DNA of 64,000 nt from an uncultured Methanosarcinales archaeon (GCA_964390375.1 CAYMIF010000001.1:45460-109459), one strand, 5' to 3'; positions 1 to 10,454 are shown, counted from the stretch's first letter. Numbers and translations are program-made. The notes: a model not told the origin generated them from the letters alone.

Positions 1-375
1 ATTGTTTATTGCAAGGACATGCGACAGGTCCTTGCATGGCATATTGGAAGTAGAATAAGGATGATAAAAGATGCAAGGAAGGTCATTAGAACTACATTAG
101 ATAATGCAGGTCAAAGACCATTGAAGATAATCACAGACGGACTTTTTCAATATGCTGCTGCAATAAAAAAGATAATGGGATGGAAATGGAATATTTACAG
201 AGAAAGGCATATAGTGGATAGTGGAATTGGGAAAAATGCAATCATTGAAGAGGTTAATAGGGAGATAAAAACAAGGATAAGGTGATTTAGAACTTTTCAG
301 AGTATAGAGGGTGCAAAAGCATTTTTTAGTCTCTGGTTTTATCACTTAAACCAGATAAGGTGCGAAGCACCTTAA
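1..375 (+). pseudogene. IS6-family transposase, C-terminal fragment. The 5' end lies outside the window. An in-frame TGA at 286-288 interrupts the conserved C-terminal motif
   Basis: The frame is open from position 1. The translation ...ITDGLFQYAAAIKK...HIVDSGIGKNAIIEEVNREIKTRIR*FRTFQSIEGAKAFFSLWFYHLN resembles the IS6/IS26 transposase C-terminus (TDK..Y..AI ... NN.IE.DH..LKR.IG..GFKS..A...I.G.E). The TGA falls where the conserved G of GFKS is expected. Reading resumes in the same frame to a TAA at 373-375. Confidence 0.45.
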
Positions 376-435
376 TTCTTACTAAGCCAAAAAGTCGAAA
401 GCTTTTTATACTATCTTTTTCAGTGGAACGGTTGT

Positions 436-1146
436 GTGGGCAGGCTATTTTTGTCTGATTTAGGGGATAATAAATTGAAGAATAATAAATCCAGAGCAGT
501 CGGTCTTGTTTTGTTATTGCCGGCAGTAATATTTGTCCTTTCATGCCTTTGCCTTGCACAGCAAGGTGCAGATATCTCTGAAGGTGATACCAGCAGAATC
601 TCTGAAACATCTGCAGGGTCTGATACAGCAGAAGGCGGAAATGTTACACAGCTGAATCTCAGTGTTATCATTTCAACCTCAAAATGGCAGGGCTATTATG
701 GTAATGTCACCGGCGCTTTGGCACTTGGTTCTGGCAGCGATTATTTTTACAATTTTTCAAACAGTGTTGTAGATGCGGTCTACGCTTCTCAGAATGAAAG
801 CTTTGATTTTACAGCAATCGAACAGGCAGCAGCAGCGGATGTAGATACACAATGGGGATATACTACTGCAACAGACAGCGATCAGGCAGCAGACATATTC
901 ACCGGAACAACCTCTGTCGGTGGTGTAAGTGCTCCTTCAGCTGAGCTTGAACCTGTGGGAAACGGCTGGAACTCAACCATATTCGATTGCGGCTCCAATG
1001 ATGACAAGAGCTATTTTGCTTTCGGCGTCAATGTACAGGATGCAGGCAACGGATGCTTCGACGGCACCACATGCCAGTATGAACTGATTGTTCCTGCAGA
1101 TGGTGCCAGCTCTGAGCTATATTATTTTTTCCTTTCAATCGAATAA
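436..1146 (+). CDS. hypothetical secreted or membrane-anchored protein, rich in NxS/T sequons
   Basis: 236-aa ORF. There is an N-terminal hydrophobic segment (AVGLVLLLPAVIFVLSCLCLA) and many N-glycosylation sequons. No recognisable catalytic motifs. Confidence 0.4.
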   Translation: MGRLFLSDLGDNKLKNNKSRAVGLVLLLPAVIFVLSCLCLAQQGADISEGDTSRISETSAGSDTAEGGNVTQLNLSVIISTSKWQGYYGNVTGALALGSGSDYFYNFSNSVVDAVYASQNESFDFTAIEQAAAADVDTQWGYTTATDSDQAADIFTGTTSVGGVSAPSAELEPVGNGWNSTIFDCGSNDDKSYFAFGVNVQDAGNGCFDGTTCQYELIVPADGASSELYYFFLSIE

Positions 1147-1159
1147 TAAAAAAATTTAA

Positions 1160-2995
1160 ATGAGAATGGTCAACAGAAAAAAAAAATTTATGATCCTGTG
1201 CGTATTTCTTCTAGCTGTGCCTTTCTGCCTTTCTTATGACCAGGTGGTTGTCAATTCCCGTGACTGGCAGGATGTATATTCAGGGATGCTCTATTCCAAA
1301 TTAACTGGCTCCTATGGAAGCTATGTGATTGAAGAAGGTCACGGCCAGATGCTTCTGGAATACATGCCAAGAGACCAGGAAGAGGTACTTTTAATTGAAT
1401 CTGCGCAAAATCCTTATATCAGAAATTTCAGGACAAATCTTGAATCAAGGGGCTTTGATGTAGATATGATGGGGGCGAGGGATGACCTGAATCTTGAGGT
1501 GGCAAGACTTGTAAACGTCACTGGATATATCATAATAGATGAGGATTACAGCTACGATGCAGTTTCTGTTGCGCCCTATGCTTCGCTCAAGAGATTTTAT
1601 GTAATATTCTGCGATAACGAAAACCTGGATGAGGTTTTTTCTTTTCTTTCATCTCAAGGCAATCCTGATGTGATACTCTATGGTTATCTTGACCGTGAGG
1701 TTTCTGAAAGGCTCTCTGGATTCAATCCAACCGTTATCAATGAGGGTGATAAGTTCTCAAACAACCTAGAGATCGTCAAGATGTTCTTCGAAGAAAAAAG
1801 TACAGGTCAGCTCATACTGACCGACGGCACATTTCTGGAGCCTCAGTTCTTTGCAGGAAATTATCCTGTGCTTTTTATCGGAAGAAGCAATGTACTGGAT
1901 TCTACTGTGGATTTTGTCAAGGAGTCTGGCGTGAAGTACGGAATGCTTGTCGGTTATGATAATTTTAACAATGCTGTGACACTCAAGAACCGAGCTGACC
2001 TGAAGGTCATCGTGAAGTTCGCAAAAGGATATGACCAGCAGCAGTATGCTCTAGATATATATAAACTTCCTCAAGCGATATATGATGTTGCGATAGTATC
2101 CGCGAATTACAACAGGCTCACAAAGAAGCTTGAGGTCAGCTATGAGAACAAGGTGGATTTCCCAGTCCTTGTGAAATCAAGCCATAACATCCTTTTGAAT
2201 GATGATTCTGTAGGTGTTGTCGGAGATCAGTCTCCTTTCTATCTTGATTCTATGGGCCAGAAGACTGTTGCTTATGATATGGACGTAGGATCAGTAACAG
2301 ACGATGATTTCATCAGTCTTGAATCTGAACTACTTTATGGCGCTGATATACGTGAACTTGAATACAGAAGCGAGTTCAACGTCGAGGTGGCGGTTATTTC
2401 TATAGAGGACAATTCCAGGATAGAACTTGCCGGGCTGGTATACAACAAACCGAAGAAGAGATTTTTTCTAACTGTCAGGAACCCGGGAGAAGATGTTGTG
2501 TATGTCAAGCCTGAGATATCTGATATCCTAATCAATGAAAGAGAGGAGACCCTGACCGCAGAACAGGCTGCGATTGAGCCAGAAGAGAGCTACGAATTTC
2601 GGATCAAGGCAGACCTTTCTCCTGCAGATATCGAAGACAATGAAATCATCAACCTGAATATCTTCTATGGCTCCAGGCCCGATGCCCTGGTACTTTTTTT
2701 AGAGGAGAGTGCCGAGCTTGAGGTCAGCTATATCACTGACGAGTTTTTAATGTGGATATATGCCGGCGCTGGAACTGTTATCGTTGTTTTAGTCCTGTTG
2801 GCTGTTTTAATCTTACTGAGAAGAAAACCAAAGAGAAAAGGCCACTCGGTTCCTGCGCCGAGGCCAGTGCATAGACCTGTTCATCATACTGGATATCATC
2901 AGTCATCACATCATGCTGCTCCGGCGCATCATAAGGTCCAGCAGGTTCATGGGTATTCTGCACATCGATTGCCAAAGCCGCCAGGGCATAGGTGA
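1160..2995 (+). CDS. cell-surface protein with a signal peptide, a C-terminal TM anchor and a His/Pro-rich cytoplasmic tail
   Basis: 611-aa ORF. The N-terminus is MRMVNRKKKFMILCVFLLAVPFCLS (a signal-like sequence). The C-terminus has a hydrophobic helix IYAGAGTVIVVLVLLAVLILL followed by RRKPKRK and a His-rich tail. Confidence 0.5.
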   Translation: MRMVNRKKKFMILCVFLLAVPFCLSYDQVVVNSRDWQDVYSGMLYSKLTGSYGSYVIEEGHGQMLLEYMPRDQEEVLLIESAQNPYIRNFRTNLESRGFDVDMMGARDDLNLEVARLVNVTGYIIIDEDYSYDAVSVAPYASLKRFYVIFCDNENLDEVFSFLSSQGNPDVILYGYLDREVSERLSGFNPTVINEGDKFSNNLEIVKMFFEEKSTGQLILTDGTFLEPQFFAGNYPVLFIGRSNVLDSTVDFVKESGVKYGMLVGYDNFNNAVTLKNRADLKVIVKFAKGYDQQQYALDIYKLPQAIYDVAIVSANYNRLTKKLEVSYENKVDFPVLVKSSHNILLNDDSVGVVGDQSPFYLDSMGQKTVAYDMDVGSVTDDDFISLESELLYGADIRELEYRSEFNVEVAVISIEDNSRIELAGLVYNKPKKRFFLTVRNPGEDVVYVKPEISDILINEREETLTAEQAAIEPEESYEFRIKADLSPADIEDNEIINLNIFYGSRPDALVLFLEESAELEVSYITDEFLMWIYAGAGTVIVVLVLLAVLILLRRKPKRKGHSVPAPRPVHRPVHHTGYHQSSHHAAPAHHKVQQVHGYSAHRLPKPPGHR

Positions 2996-3005
2996 ACCAA
3001 ATCTT

Positions 3006-4046
3006 TCATGTTACCAGATTCTTTGGCTTGTTTTTCAGCCATGCCTCGATGTTGTCAATCATCATGTCGTTTCCTATCCTTGCTGTGACGTCTGTGTTAT
3101 ATGCAATATGAGGCGTTGCGAGAATCTTTGGGTGTGCTTGGATCTTCCTGTAGTATGGATCTGCGGTATCTCCAACATGGATGCTTCCTGTGTCCATAGC
3201 TGCGCCTGCGAGTATTCCCCGGTCCAGTGCTTCAATTATAGCATCTGTGTCGTATATCTTTCTTCCGGTCACTGTTATGAAAAAAGACCCGGTTTTCAAT
3301 GATAAGAAAAATTCGTTGTTTAGAATCTCTTTTGTTGTAGGGTTTGAACTGAGACAGTCCACAACAATATCTGCGGATTTTGCTTTTTGAATAAGATTGT
3401 CTCCTCTCCTGAAATAAGTAACATCCATCTCAAGGGCCTCGGCAATTGCCCCGACCCGCGAACCAACGTTTCCTTTTCCCAAAATAGTCATCTTTTTTCC
3501 TTTTAATCCTATTGTTCTATCTGCGCCTTTTTTTTGGGTCTAGGTGTGTCGTGTTTATATATCTTTGAAACTCACGACGGCTATTATGAAATCCTATCCT
3601 ACTTCACCGATGTTTCACATCGGTTACGCCTGGCCACGAGAATATTTATGAAATAAATATTCTCTCTCATGGCACAGACGGCTAGGATTTCATAATAGCC
3701 ACTCACGACAAAGATTGAGCATCATCCCGATGACCCATTCAGATACTGCGTGTTTGTTGCAGCCAGGAGACCTTGCGAGAAAAACATTGTTTTTTTTTGC
3801 TTTTTGTGCATCGAACCAGCTTGTTCCGACAAAAGGGACCGATATAAACTTGTCCTTGAGTTCCTGGTACTTCTGCTTTAGGCCAAATTTTCCAGAGCAA
3901 ATTATGTCGGCCTCCTGAACCCGCCTGAGCCAGGCATCATGGTCAGGAGCATAATCATCATAAAAAAAAGCTTCTCCCATAGACTTCAGTCTCTCAATCT
4001 GATCAGGCAGGAGGTCCATGTGCTGAGCTATTATTATCTTTTTCAT
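3006..4046 (-). pseudogene. D-isomer-specific 2-hydroxyacid dehydrogenase family gene, interrupted by a MITE insertion (3579-3700) and carrying an apparent 1-nt frameshift in an A8/T8 run (3528-3535)
   Basis: The N-terminal catalytic-domain fragment (ORF 3690..4097, ...FVGTSWFDAQKAKKNNVFLARSPGCNKHAVSEWVIGMMLNLCRE) runs into the element and stops (CREWLL*). The C-terminal NAD-binding fragment (3006..3491) starts MTILGKGNVGSRVG, which is the GxGxxG Rossmann motif. Manual re-joining after removing the element, one TSD copy and one A from the homopolymer gives ...LNLCREFQRYINTTHLDPKKGADRTIGLKGKKMTILGKGNVG. This matches the usual linker between the two domains. Confidence 0.55.
3579..3700 (+). mobile_element. 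122-bp MITE-like element, GGCT-terminus family, variant 1, with a 9-bp TSD
   Basis: Terminal inverted repeats GGCTATTATGAAATCCTA...TAGGATTTCATAATAGCC. Perfect direct repeats ACTCACGAC at 3570-3578 and 3701-3709. The internal core is hairpin(CCGATG..CATCGG)-CGCCTGGCC-hairpin(GAGAATATTTAT..ATAAATATTCTC)-TGGCACAGACG. The element lies inside a coding sequence. Confidence 0.65.
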
Positions 4047-4109
4047 CGTGAAATCAGGAAGGAATCTGATATATTTAAATCTTCTTTTTGAAATCAAATC
4101 AAGATTCTG

Positions 4110-7100
4110 TCATCTTATCTCTACATAGAATACTATCTCTTCAGTAAATCCCTTGTATGAATTCAGCTTTTCTGGTATGCGTATTTCGAATCCGTATGTG
4201 CCATAGCTTCCTGTCTGACCTGAGTTGTAGCTTGTGTAGAATATCAGGTCCTCCTCTTCGGCTATGTCAAACTCGTCATCAAGCGAATCGCTTGTGTCCC
4301 ACAGGATTCCTGTCTTGAAGCTGCTTGAGTTCTCAGTCGAATTTATCATCGAGACATTGTAGATCGGAAGGCCGTATAGTGTGATGTTCTGCATCTCCTT
4401 TGGAATGGTTGAATCAATGCTCCAGGTGGCATTTATCGAATCAGACCTGTTGGATATGTTCAGGACGATATCCATGTCCAGGAAATCCTGCGACGCTGTT
4501 GTTCCGTCCTTTTTCCTCCCTATTGCCTGCAGGTCGTTTACGCTGAAGACAGAATCTGCGTCTGCAGCGTATACATTGAGTATCTGGCCTTCTGTCATGT
4601 TCTTGAGGGTTGTCAATATGTATCCCAGCGCGAGCCTTCCTGTTGCGTTTCCGTAGTAATAGTTGTAGGATTCTTTCTGAATTCTGAACCATGTACTGTA
4701 AGTATTCTTATTTCCTGAGGTGTCATTTGCATATACTGTTATGTTGTAACTTCCTGATGAATTAGCAAAATCGAAAGTTGCATTGTATACATCATCAAGG
4801 TCATTGTCAGTCATATTGACTATCAAGGTGTTTTTATTCCATGTGATGTTAGCATAAACATTGTCAATCCCTGTATTATCTGTGACATTTGCTGTTATTT
4901 CGATTATGGAAAATATAATGAATTCATCTTCCTCAGGCCAAACATCTTTGATCAAGGGTATTGATGAGTCGAGAGTAAATTGCCATAACGATGAGTTTAC
5001 ATCGCTTAAATCATCACTTGTTCGAGTGAACCAGTGATAGGTATTATCTGATAGATCTGCATCATCTCTTATAGAGTCTGTTGTTCGTGATGAATTCAGT
5101 ATTCTTGTCTCATCAATGCGGCCATTGAAGTAGTTCGGACCAGCTGAACCGAGAGAATCTTGATTAACTGTTGCTCCGATACCGCCTTCGTCAGCATGCG
5201 AGCTGATTGAGGAATACGAGGCTGTTGTAGTGTTTTTCAGTAGACCATCCAAGAATATTGACATATTTCCTCCATCAAATATTGCTGTTATGAGGTGCCA
5301 TCCTGAAGTATCTGTGTAGTTGGTCGTGATCAGAGTCTTTGTTCCTCCTCCAGATGTTGCGAATTCAAGGATTGTTGAGTTCAGGCGAAGGGCGAAACCG
5401 TCAGATCTTCCTCCTTCTTCGTATATCGTCTGTATGCCAGCAAGCGCGTCGGGCTTTATCCAGATCTGGACAGTCTTGTTGTCAAATGGGCTGTTGAAGA
5501 AGCTTTCGTTCAGAAGCCAATATTGAGATACCCCGTCATAATCGAAGGCTCCTGCGAATTTTCCTCCATTCTCTATGAATGTCGGACAGTTTGTTGTGCA
5601 GGTCCTGTCGTGGTTTTCAGCTGAGGATGCGAAATTCTTAACTAATGTTGAGTTTTCGCCATGTTCTGATCTGTTATCAAAATGCCAGAGTGCTTCTGTT
5701 TCTGCAGTCATATTTAATACCGGCGCATCCCATGTATATGAAATCAATGTGTTATTAGATATATCACAGAGCCTGAAGAGAAGATCATCAGAAGATTCTG
5801 CTGCATCTGAACTGAATATATCCAGACAAAGTAGCTCGGTGTCGTTGTCCTCTACTCTTGCCTGAAGGCCGACAGAAGATGAGGCTATCCTTGAGTTGTT
5901 TTCAGGATTCACTAAAAATGCTGCTGGTGGCTGGTCTTCCTGTGTCTGTGCTGTATCATTTATCCAAAGCTCATTTAGATTGTTATATATGTCTGATGTC
6001 CTTGTACCTATCTCATATATTGTATTTGGAGCCAAGTCTGAGATGTTTGTGTAGTTTTGGCTTAGATTTGAATAGAAGCTTCCGTTGATCCATATCTCTG
6101 TGCGGTAGAAATCAGAATCAGATGGGTTTGTCCAGTTCCAGATTATCCAGGTCTTTGATGTCTTTGTTTCATCAAGATTTGTCACGCTTGCAGGAGGGGT
6201 ACGGTCTTCATAGTATGTGACATTGAAGTAGAATGCATCCCAGTATATCTCGTATTGTCCTGGTCCGCCGCTTCCAGAGTGGACCAATTCTGATTTTGCA
6301 ATAGCACTTGTAGCGTTTGATCCGAAGAAAACCCCGCATGTCCAATCTTCATCTGATGTTATGTCGACGCAGGTTATCCCAGAAGGTTCTGTTGTACCTG
6401 GGCAGGTGTTTGTGACTGCTGTATAGTTTGCTCCCTGATCAGCGTCAACTGATATATCACATGTCATTATGTCCGAAGTGTCAGACCACCATTTATAACA
6501 GAACTGAACCGATTCGACCAGTATACAATTCTCTATTGTGTTATTTGATGTGTTTGTCCTGATTCCTGCCCAGTATCCTGATTTTTCCACAGGATGGTTC
6601 TCAACTATAATGTCGTCGTAGAAAAGTGCGGGTCCTGGGTATTTCCTATCACATGCATCACCCCATGTACCTGCTGCAGTTGCAGCGTCCTCAGCTGAAC
6701 AGTTGTTGATTGTCATCTGAAGGCTTAATGGAAGCTCTGGAACGATGTCTATCCACCATGTCTCGTTGCCTGGATTGTAGTTCTCAGTACCATGGAAATA
6801 TGCTGTTATATTGTTCATTGAGGTATTGTTGAACAGGATGTTTTCCTGGTAAGGAGATGTCCCGTTGTATAGAAGCGATCCGTTCTGGTATATTGTTATG
6901 TTTCCGTCTCCTTTCAGAAGAGTTGCCTGGATTGTGACAAATGTGTTGTTTTCGGCTGTTATGTTAGACCTGTATCCATTGAGCGTCAGCTCAATTGATG
7001 AATCTGCTCTTGAAATATTCAAGGTAGCCTGAATCTCGGATGATGTGTAGTTCTGCGTCTGGGTTGAATTACAGATGTATAGGTATTCAGCAACATCCAA

Positions 7101-10100
7101 TGTCTGTACGTCCGGATTTGCGACAGGACTTGCGTTTCTGTACAGCAAAGGTGTAATCTGGGAATCTGCACCTTTGCATGATATATTTGTCTGATTCGAG
7201 TATGTAGTGTTCCATCCTGGCTGAGCTGAAAGAGTCAGATTCGGGTCTGCTCTCGCTATCGTGAAATACCATACATCTGTCATGTTAATATTACCTGCTG
7301 AATCATTTGCATATGACTTCCAGTAGAACGAGCCTGCCGGAAAGACCTGCTGGAAATTGTATACATTGAGTGTTATCTCATTCATTGTATAGTTTGTTGG
7401 AACTTTGGAGAAGTTGCTTTCGAAAAGAACATCTTCTACTTTCACATCATCTGTCCAAGTTATATTGAATGAACTGTTCATCGAAGGCTTGAATATTGAG
7501 ACTATGTCGGTTTTATTGGCTGACCATTTTGGTGGATAATCCGGGATTTCCTGTGTTGTTGCATTGACCCACCAGGTCTCTGAATCTGAAGTGTAATTCT
7601 GGTTTCCATTGTATAGTGCAGTTATGTTGTAAAACCCCTCTGTATTGAAAAAGGTCATATTTTCTGAGGGGAGTGTGCTATTGAAGATAAGAGTATTGTT
7701 GTTGTAGACCTGCAATATTCCGGACCCAGATATGAAATCAGCTGAAATATTGAGTGATGTTCCAAGTTGAATCGTGCGATTGTTTCTTGATCCATTCAGA
7801 TACAGTGCGACAACTCCTGCTGCTTTTGTTACATTCAACAATGTCCAGGACGAATTATATGTAAAATTCTGAGTCTGGGATATATTGCATGTGTAGTTGT
7901 AGCTGCCTGCACCGAGTGTTTGGATGTCAGAAGTACCTGAAATCAGTGTTGAGTTCCGATAAAGGGCAGGAGTTATCTGAGTCGTATTGAGTGAACAGGT
8001 AATATTTGTCTGTGTGCCATATGTAGCCGTATCTGTCGGATCTGCTGATATTGTCAGGCCGGGATCTGCCCGCAAGATCGTGAAATACCATTTATCTGAG
8101 AGGTTCCATTGTCCTATTGAGTCGTTGGCATGAGAGGTCCAGTAGAATGAGCCGGCTGGGAGTATCGAGGTGTAGTTGAAGATATTTGCTGACTGGTTTG
8201 TCATAGTATAATTTTGCTTTGTTCCTGAGAAATTGCTTTCAAATAATGACGTGTTCAGGCCATAATAATCTTCCCAGGTGATGTTGAATGTGCTATCGGT
8301 CGTCTCGGAATAGTAGATGGGCGTGAATGATGAATTTCCTGACCAATATGGAGGATAGTCTGGAGGCGGGCTGTAGGAGACATTGAAGTATAATACATCC
8401 CAAATCACGTCATAATTTCCCGGGCCAGCAGAGCCACTATGCTGTATCTCTGATTTTGCGATCGCTCCTGTCGGAGTTTCTCCAAAGAAATTACCGCATT
8501 GCCAGTTTTCCGAGGCAGTCACGTTAACACATGTCATGACTGCTGGCTCAGCAGTTCCAGGGCATGCAGCAGATACTGCAGTGTAGCTGTTTCCATAGTC
8601 TGAATCTATGCTTATATCGCAATTCTGTGTTCTTGTGGTAGCTGCCCACCATTTGTAGCATATCGTGACACTGTCAATGCTATCGCAGTCTGTCACTGAT
8701 GAATTTGTCGAGTTTATTCTTACTCCTGCCCAGGTTGTTCCTGATTTTGATATCTTGTGTATCTCCCTTGCTGCGTCTTCATAATAAAGCGTTTCCCCTG
8801 GATAAGCATTGTCACATGCGACATTCCATGAACCTGAAGCAGATGCCAGTTCCTGGGCTACGCATTTTTGGATTCTCATCTCTCCAAATGCAGGATCGTC
8901 TGGTGTAAGAAGGAATGTGTAGTTTTGGCCGGGTTTTATGTCCATTATCTTGACCCAGCTGCCAAAGCATTTTTGAGCAGTAAAATTCCATTCTTTGCAT
9001 TTATAGAGCTCTGTTCCCTTTGCTGTGGCTGTGACTGTCGCATTCGTGAAATTCAGCATTGCCGGATCAATCGCATATGATTGGATATAATCCTCTATCT
9101 CTACATCCTCTATACCAAGGTTGATAGCTCCTTTATACTCTATGCTTCTGAAATCTATCTGCTTGACAGCAGATGTCAGATTTCTTAATCTAATTGAATC
9201 TATCTTATTTTGGTCTTCTGGATTAGTCTGTCTCTTGATAAAGCTCTCTTTCTTTTCCAGAGGCAACTTGAAGTACGCTGGGATGCTTTTTGCAAGACCA
9301 TCATATTCCAATGATACCTGGTGTTTTAGTATGAATGTCCCTTCAGTTATGTTTTCAGAGTGTATTTTGAAATCTGATGTGATTTGTTCTTTTGGCCTTA
9401 TCTTATCAGGATCTGAATATTTTCTTTCATCCCTGTATAATACGCTGCTCATGTTGTCATATGTCATTATAGAATCCTCATAGTAGAGTATCAATGTTAT
9501 ATTGCTTATATTAAGTTCCTTTGGTATGCTGCTCTTCAGGATGTTGTCCTGCTTTGTGAGTTCGGTCCTATAGTAGAAATTATCCTCACTGAATAATACT
9601 ATCTCTTGAGTCCTGTTCAAAAGCTTTCTTGATAAGTCTGGTGTCACTTCTATCAGCTTCTCCAGGTCTTTTTCGACTATCGTAATCTTAAATGTGCTTT
9701 TAGGTTCTGTATCATCATCTGTGTCTTGGCTTTCCTGTCTTTCATTATCTTCTGAATCTATTTTGATTTCGGGATCATACTTCTCTTGGGTATCAATGAC
9801 TTGTTCTGGTCCCTGCTGCACCTCAGCCACTATGTTGTCCTTCTGAATCTTTGGTTTTTCCTGTTCTTTGTTTCTCCTGTCTATTATCTTGTCTATCCAG
9901 TCGACTGTGTAATATCTTCCTCCGTGATTCAAGATGAATTCGATGCTGCTAATGTTCGCCCTGATCGGCATTTCTGCATAAATCTTATATCCTTCCTTTC
10001 TAGGGTTCAGAAGGTATATTACCTGTCCATCGCTGGCTGTTCCCGAGAATGTGAGATCTTTGTATGAGAAATGACCATCCAAATATATGTTAATCGATGT

Positions 10101-10238
10101 CTTATAATCATCTATCTCAAGCACAACCAGCTCTTTTGGTTCTGATTGTTCAGATAATGAGAAAGATGATATGAGGATGATTACTGTAGCTAACAGTATG
10201 CTTAATAATACTATTTTCAATCCTCTTTTCTTATCCAT
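4110..10238 (-). CDS. giant (2042 aa) surface glycoprotein with a signal peptide, two tandem ~500-aa repeats and a LamG/concanavalin-like domain
   Basis: One uninterrupted ORF. The N-terminus is MDKKRGLKIVLLSILLATVIILISS (a signal-like sequence). NxS/T sequons are extremely dense. There is an internal duplication (DYPPYWSGNSSF...YWTSHANDS... and DYPPKWSANKTD...YWKSYANDS...). A LamG-like segment reads FDYDGVSQYWLL...GWHLITAIFDGG...FNGRIDETRILN. Confidence 0.7.
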   Translation of the reverse strand: MDKKRGLKIVLLSILLATVIILISSFSLSEQSEPKELVVLEIDDYKTSINIYLDGHFSYKDLTFSGTASDGQVIYLLNPRKEGYKIYAEMPIRANISSIEFILNHGGRYYTVDWIDKIIDRRNKEQEKPKIQKDNIVAEVQQGPEQVIDTQEKYDPEIKIDSEDNERQESQDTDDDTEPKSTFKITIVEKDLEKLIEVTPDLSRKLLNRTQEIVLFSEDNFYYRTELTKQDNILKSSIPKELNISNITLILYYEDSIMTYDNMSSVLYRDERKYSDPDKIRPKEQITSDFKIHSENITEGTFILKHQVSLEYDGLAKSIPAYFKLPLEKKESFIKRQTNPEDQNKIDSIRLRNLTSAVKQIDFRSIEYKGAINLGIEDVEIEDYIQSYAIDPAMLNFTNATVTATAKGTELYKCKEWNFTAQKCFGSWVKIMDIKPGQNYTFLLTPDDPAFGEMRIQKCVAQELASASGSWNVACDNAYPGETLYYEDAAREIHKISKSGTTWAGVRINSTNSSVTDCDSIDSVTICYKWWAATTRTQNCDISIDSDYGNSYTAVSAACPGTAEPAVMTCVNVTASENWQCGNFFGETPTGAIAKSEIQHSGSAGPGNYDVIWDVLYFNVSYSPPPDYPPYWSGNSSFTPIYYSETTDSTFNITWEDYYGLNTSLFESNFSGTKQNYTMTNQSANIFNYTSILPAGSFYWTSHANDSIGQWNLSDKWYFTILRADPGLTISADPTDTATYGTQTNITCSLNTTQITPALYRNSTLISGTSDIQTLGAGSYNYTCNISQTQNFTYNSSWTLLNVTKAAGVVALYLNGSRNNRTIQLGTSLNISADFISGSGILQVYNNNTLIFNSTLPSENMTFFNTEGFYNITALYNGNQNYTSDSETWWVNATTQEIPDYPPKWSANKTDIVSIFKPSMNSSFNITWTDDVKVEDVLFESNFSKVPTNYTMNEITLNVYNFQQVFPAGSFYWKSYANDSAGNINMTDVWYFTIARADPNLTLSAQPGWNTTYSNQTNISCKGADSQITPLLYRNASPVANPDVQTLDVAEYLYICNSTQTQNYTSSEIQATLNISRADSSIELTLNGYRSNITAENNTFVTIQATLLKGDGNITIYQNGSLLYNGTSPYQENILFNNTSMNNITAYFHGTENYNPGNETWWIDIVPELPLSLQMTINNCSAEDAATAAGTWGDACDRKYPGPALFYDDIIVENHPVEKSGYWAGIRTNTSNNTIENCILVESVQFCYKWWSDTSDIMTCDISVDADQGANYTAVTNTCPGTTEPSGITCVDITSDEDWTCGVFFGSNATSAIAKSELVHSGSGGPGQYEIYWDAFYFNVTYYEDRTPPASVTNLDETKTSKTWIIWNWTNPSDSDFYRTEIWINGSFYSNLSQNYTNISDLAPNTIYEIGTRTSDIYNNLNELWINDTAQTQEDQPPAAFLVNPENNSRIASSSVGLQARVEDNDTELLCLDIFSSDAAESSDDLLFRLCDISNNTLISYTWDAPVLNMTAETEALWHFDNRSEHGENSTLVKNFASSAENHDRTCTTNCPTFIENGGKFAGAFDYDGVSQYWLLNESFFNSPFDNKTVQIWIKPDALAGIQTIYEEGGRSDGFALRLNSTILEFATSGGGTKTLITTNYTDTSGWHLITAIFDGGNMSIFLDGLLKNTTTASYSSISSHADEGGIGATVNQDSLGSAGPNYFNGRIDETRILNSSRTTDSIRDDADLSDNTYHWFTRTSDDLSDVNSSLWQFTLDSSIPLIKDVWPEEDEFIIFSIIEITANVTDNTGIDNVYANITWNKNTLIVNMTDNDLDDVYNATFDFANSSGSYNITVYANDTSGNKNTYSTWFRIQKESYNYYYGNATGRLALGYILTTLKNMTEGQILNVYAADADSVFSVNDLQAIGRKKDGTTASQDFLDMDIVLNISNRSDSINATWSIDSTIPKEMQNITLYGLPIYNVSMINSTENSSSFKTGILWDTSDSLDDEFDIAEEEDLIFYTSYNSGQTGSYGTYGFEIRIPEKLNSYKGFTEEIVFYVEIR

Positions 10239-10446
10239 TTTTCAAATACGGAAGATTAAGCTTCCATAGGGCCCTCTTTGATGTTTTTATCTGCTTTATT
10301 ATTCCCCTGCTGCTTAGCAATCTGATATGTTTCTTGACAGTTATCCACGATATCCCTGCAGCTTTCGCTATCTCATTTATGCTCAAGGGCCTGACATTCT
10401 GCCCCAGAATTATTATTATCTTTTCGTCATACAATGAGAATGCCAT
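10231..10446 (-). CDS. small winged-helix DNA-binding protein (putative transcriptional regulator)
   Basis: 71 aa. The motif LSINEIAKAAGISWITVKKHIRLLSSRGII is HTH-like. It lies directly upstream of, and overlaps by 8 nt, the giant surface-protein gene on the same strand. Confidence 0.4.
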   Translation of the reverse strand: MAFSLYDEKIIIILGQNVRPLSINEIAKAAGISWITVKKHIRLLSSRGIIKQIKTSKRALWKLNLPYLKNG

Positions 10447-10454
10447 CTGCTGTT

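Noticed and set aside
286-288. Treating the in-frame TGA in the IS6-like fragment as evidence for a recoded genetic code
   Set aside because: All well-supported genes in the window terminate at TGA, TAA or TAG at their expected ends. None of them needs TGA readthrough. A single nonsense mutation in a mobile-element remnant is the simpler explanation.
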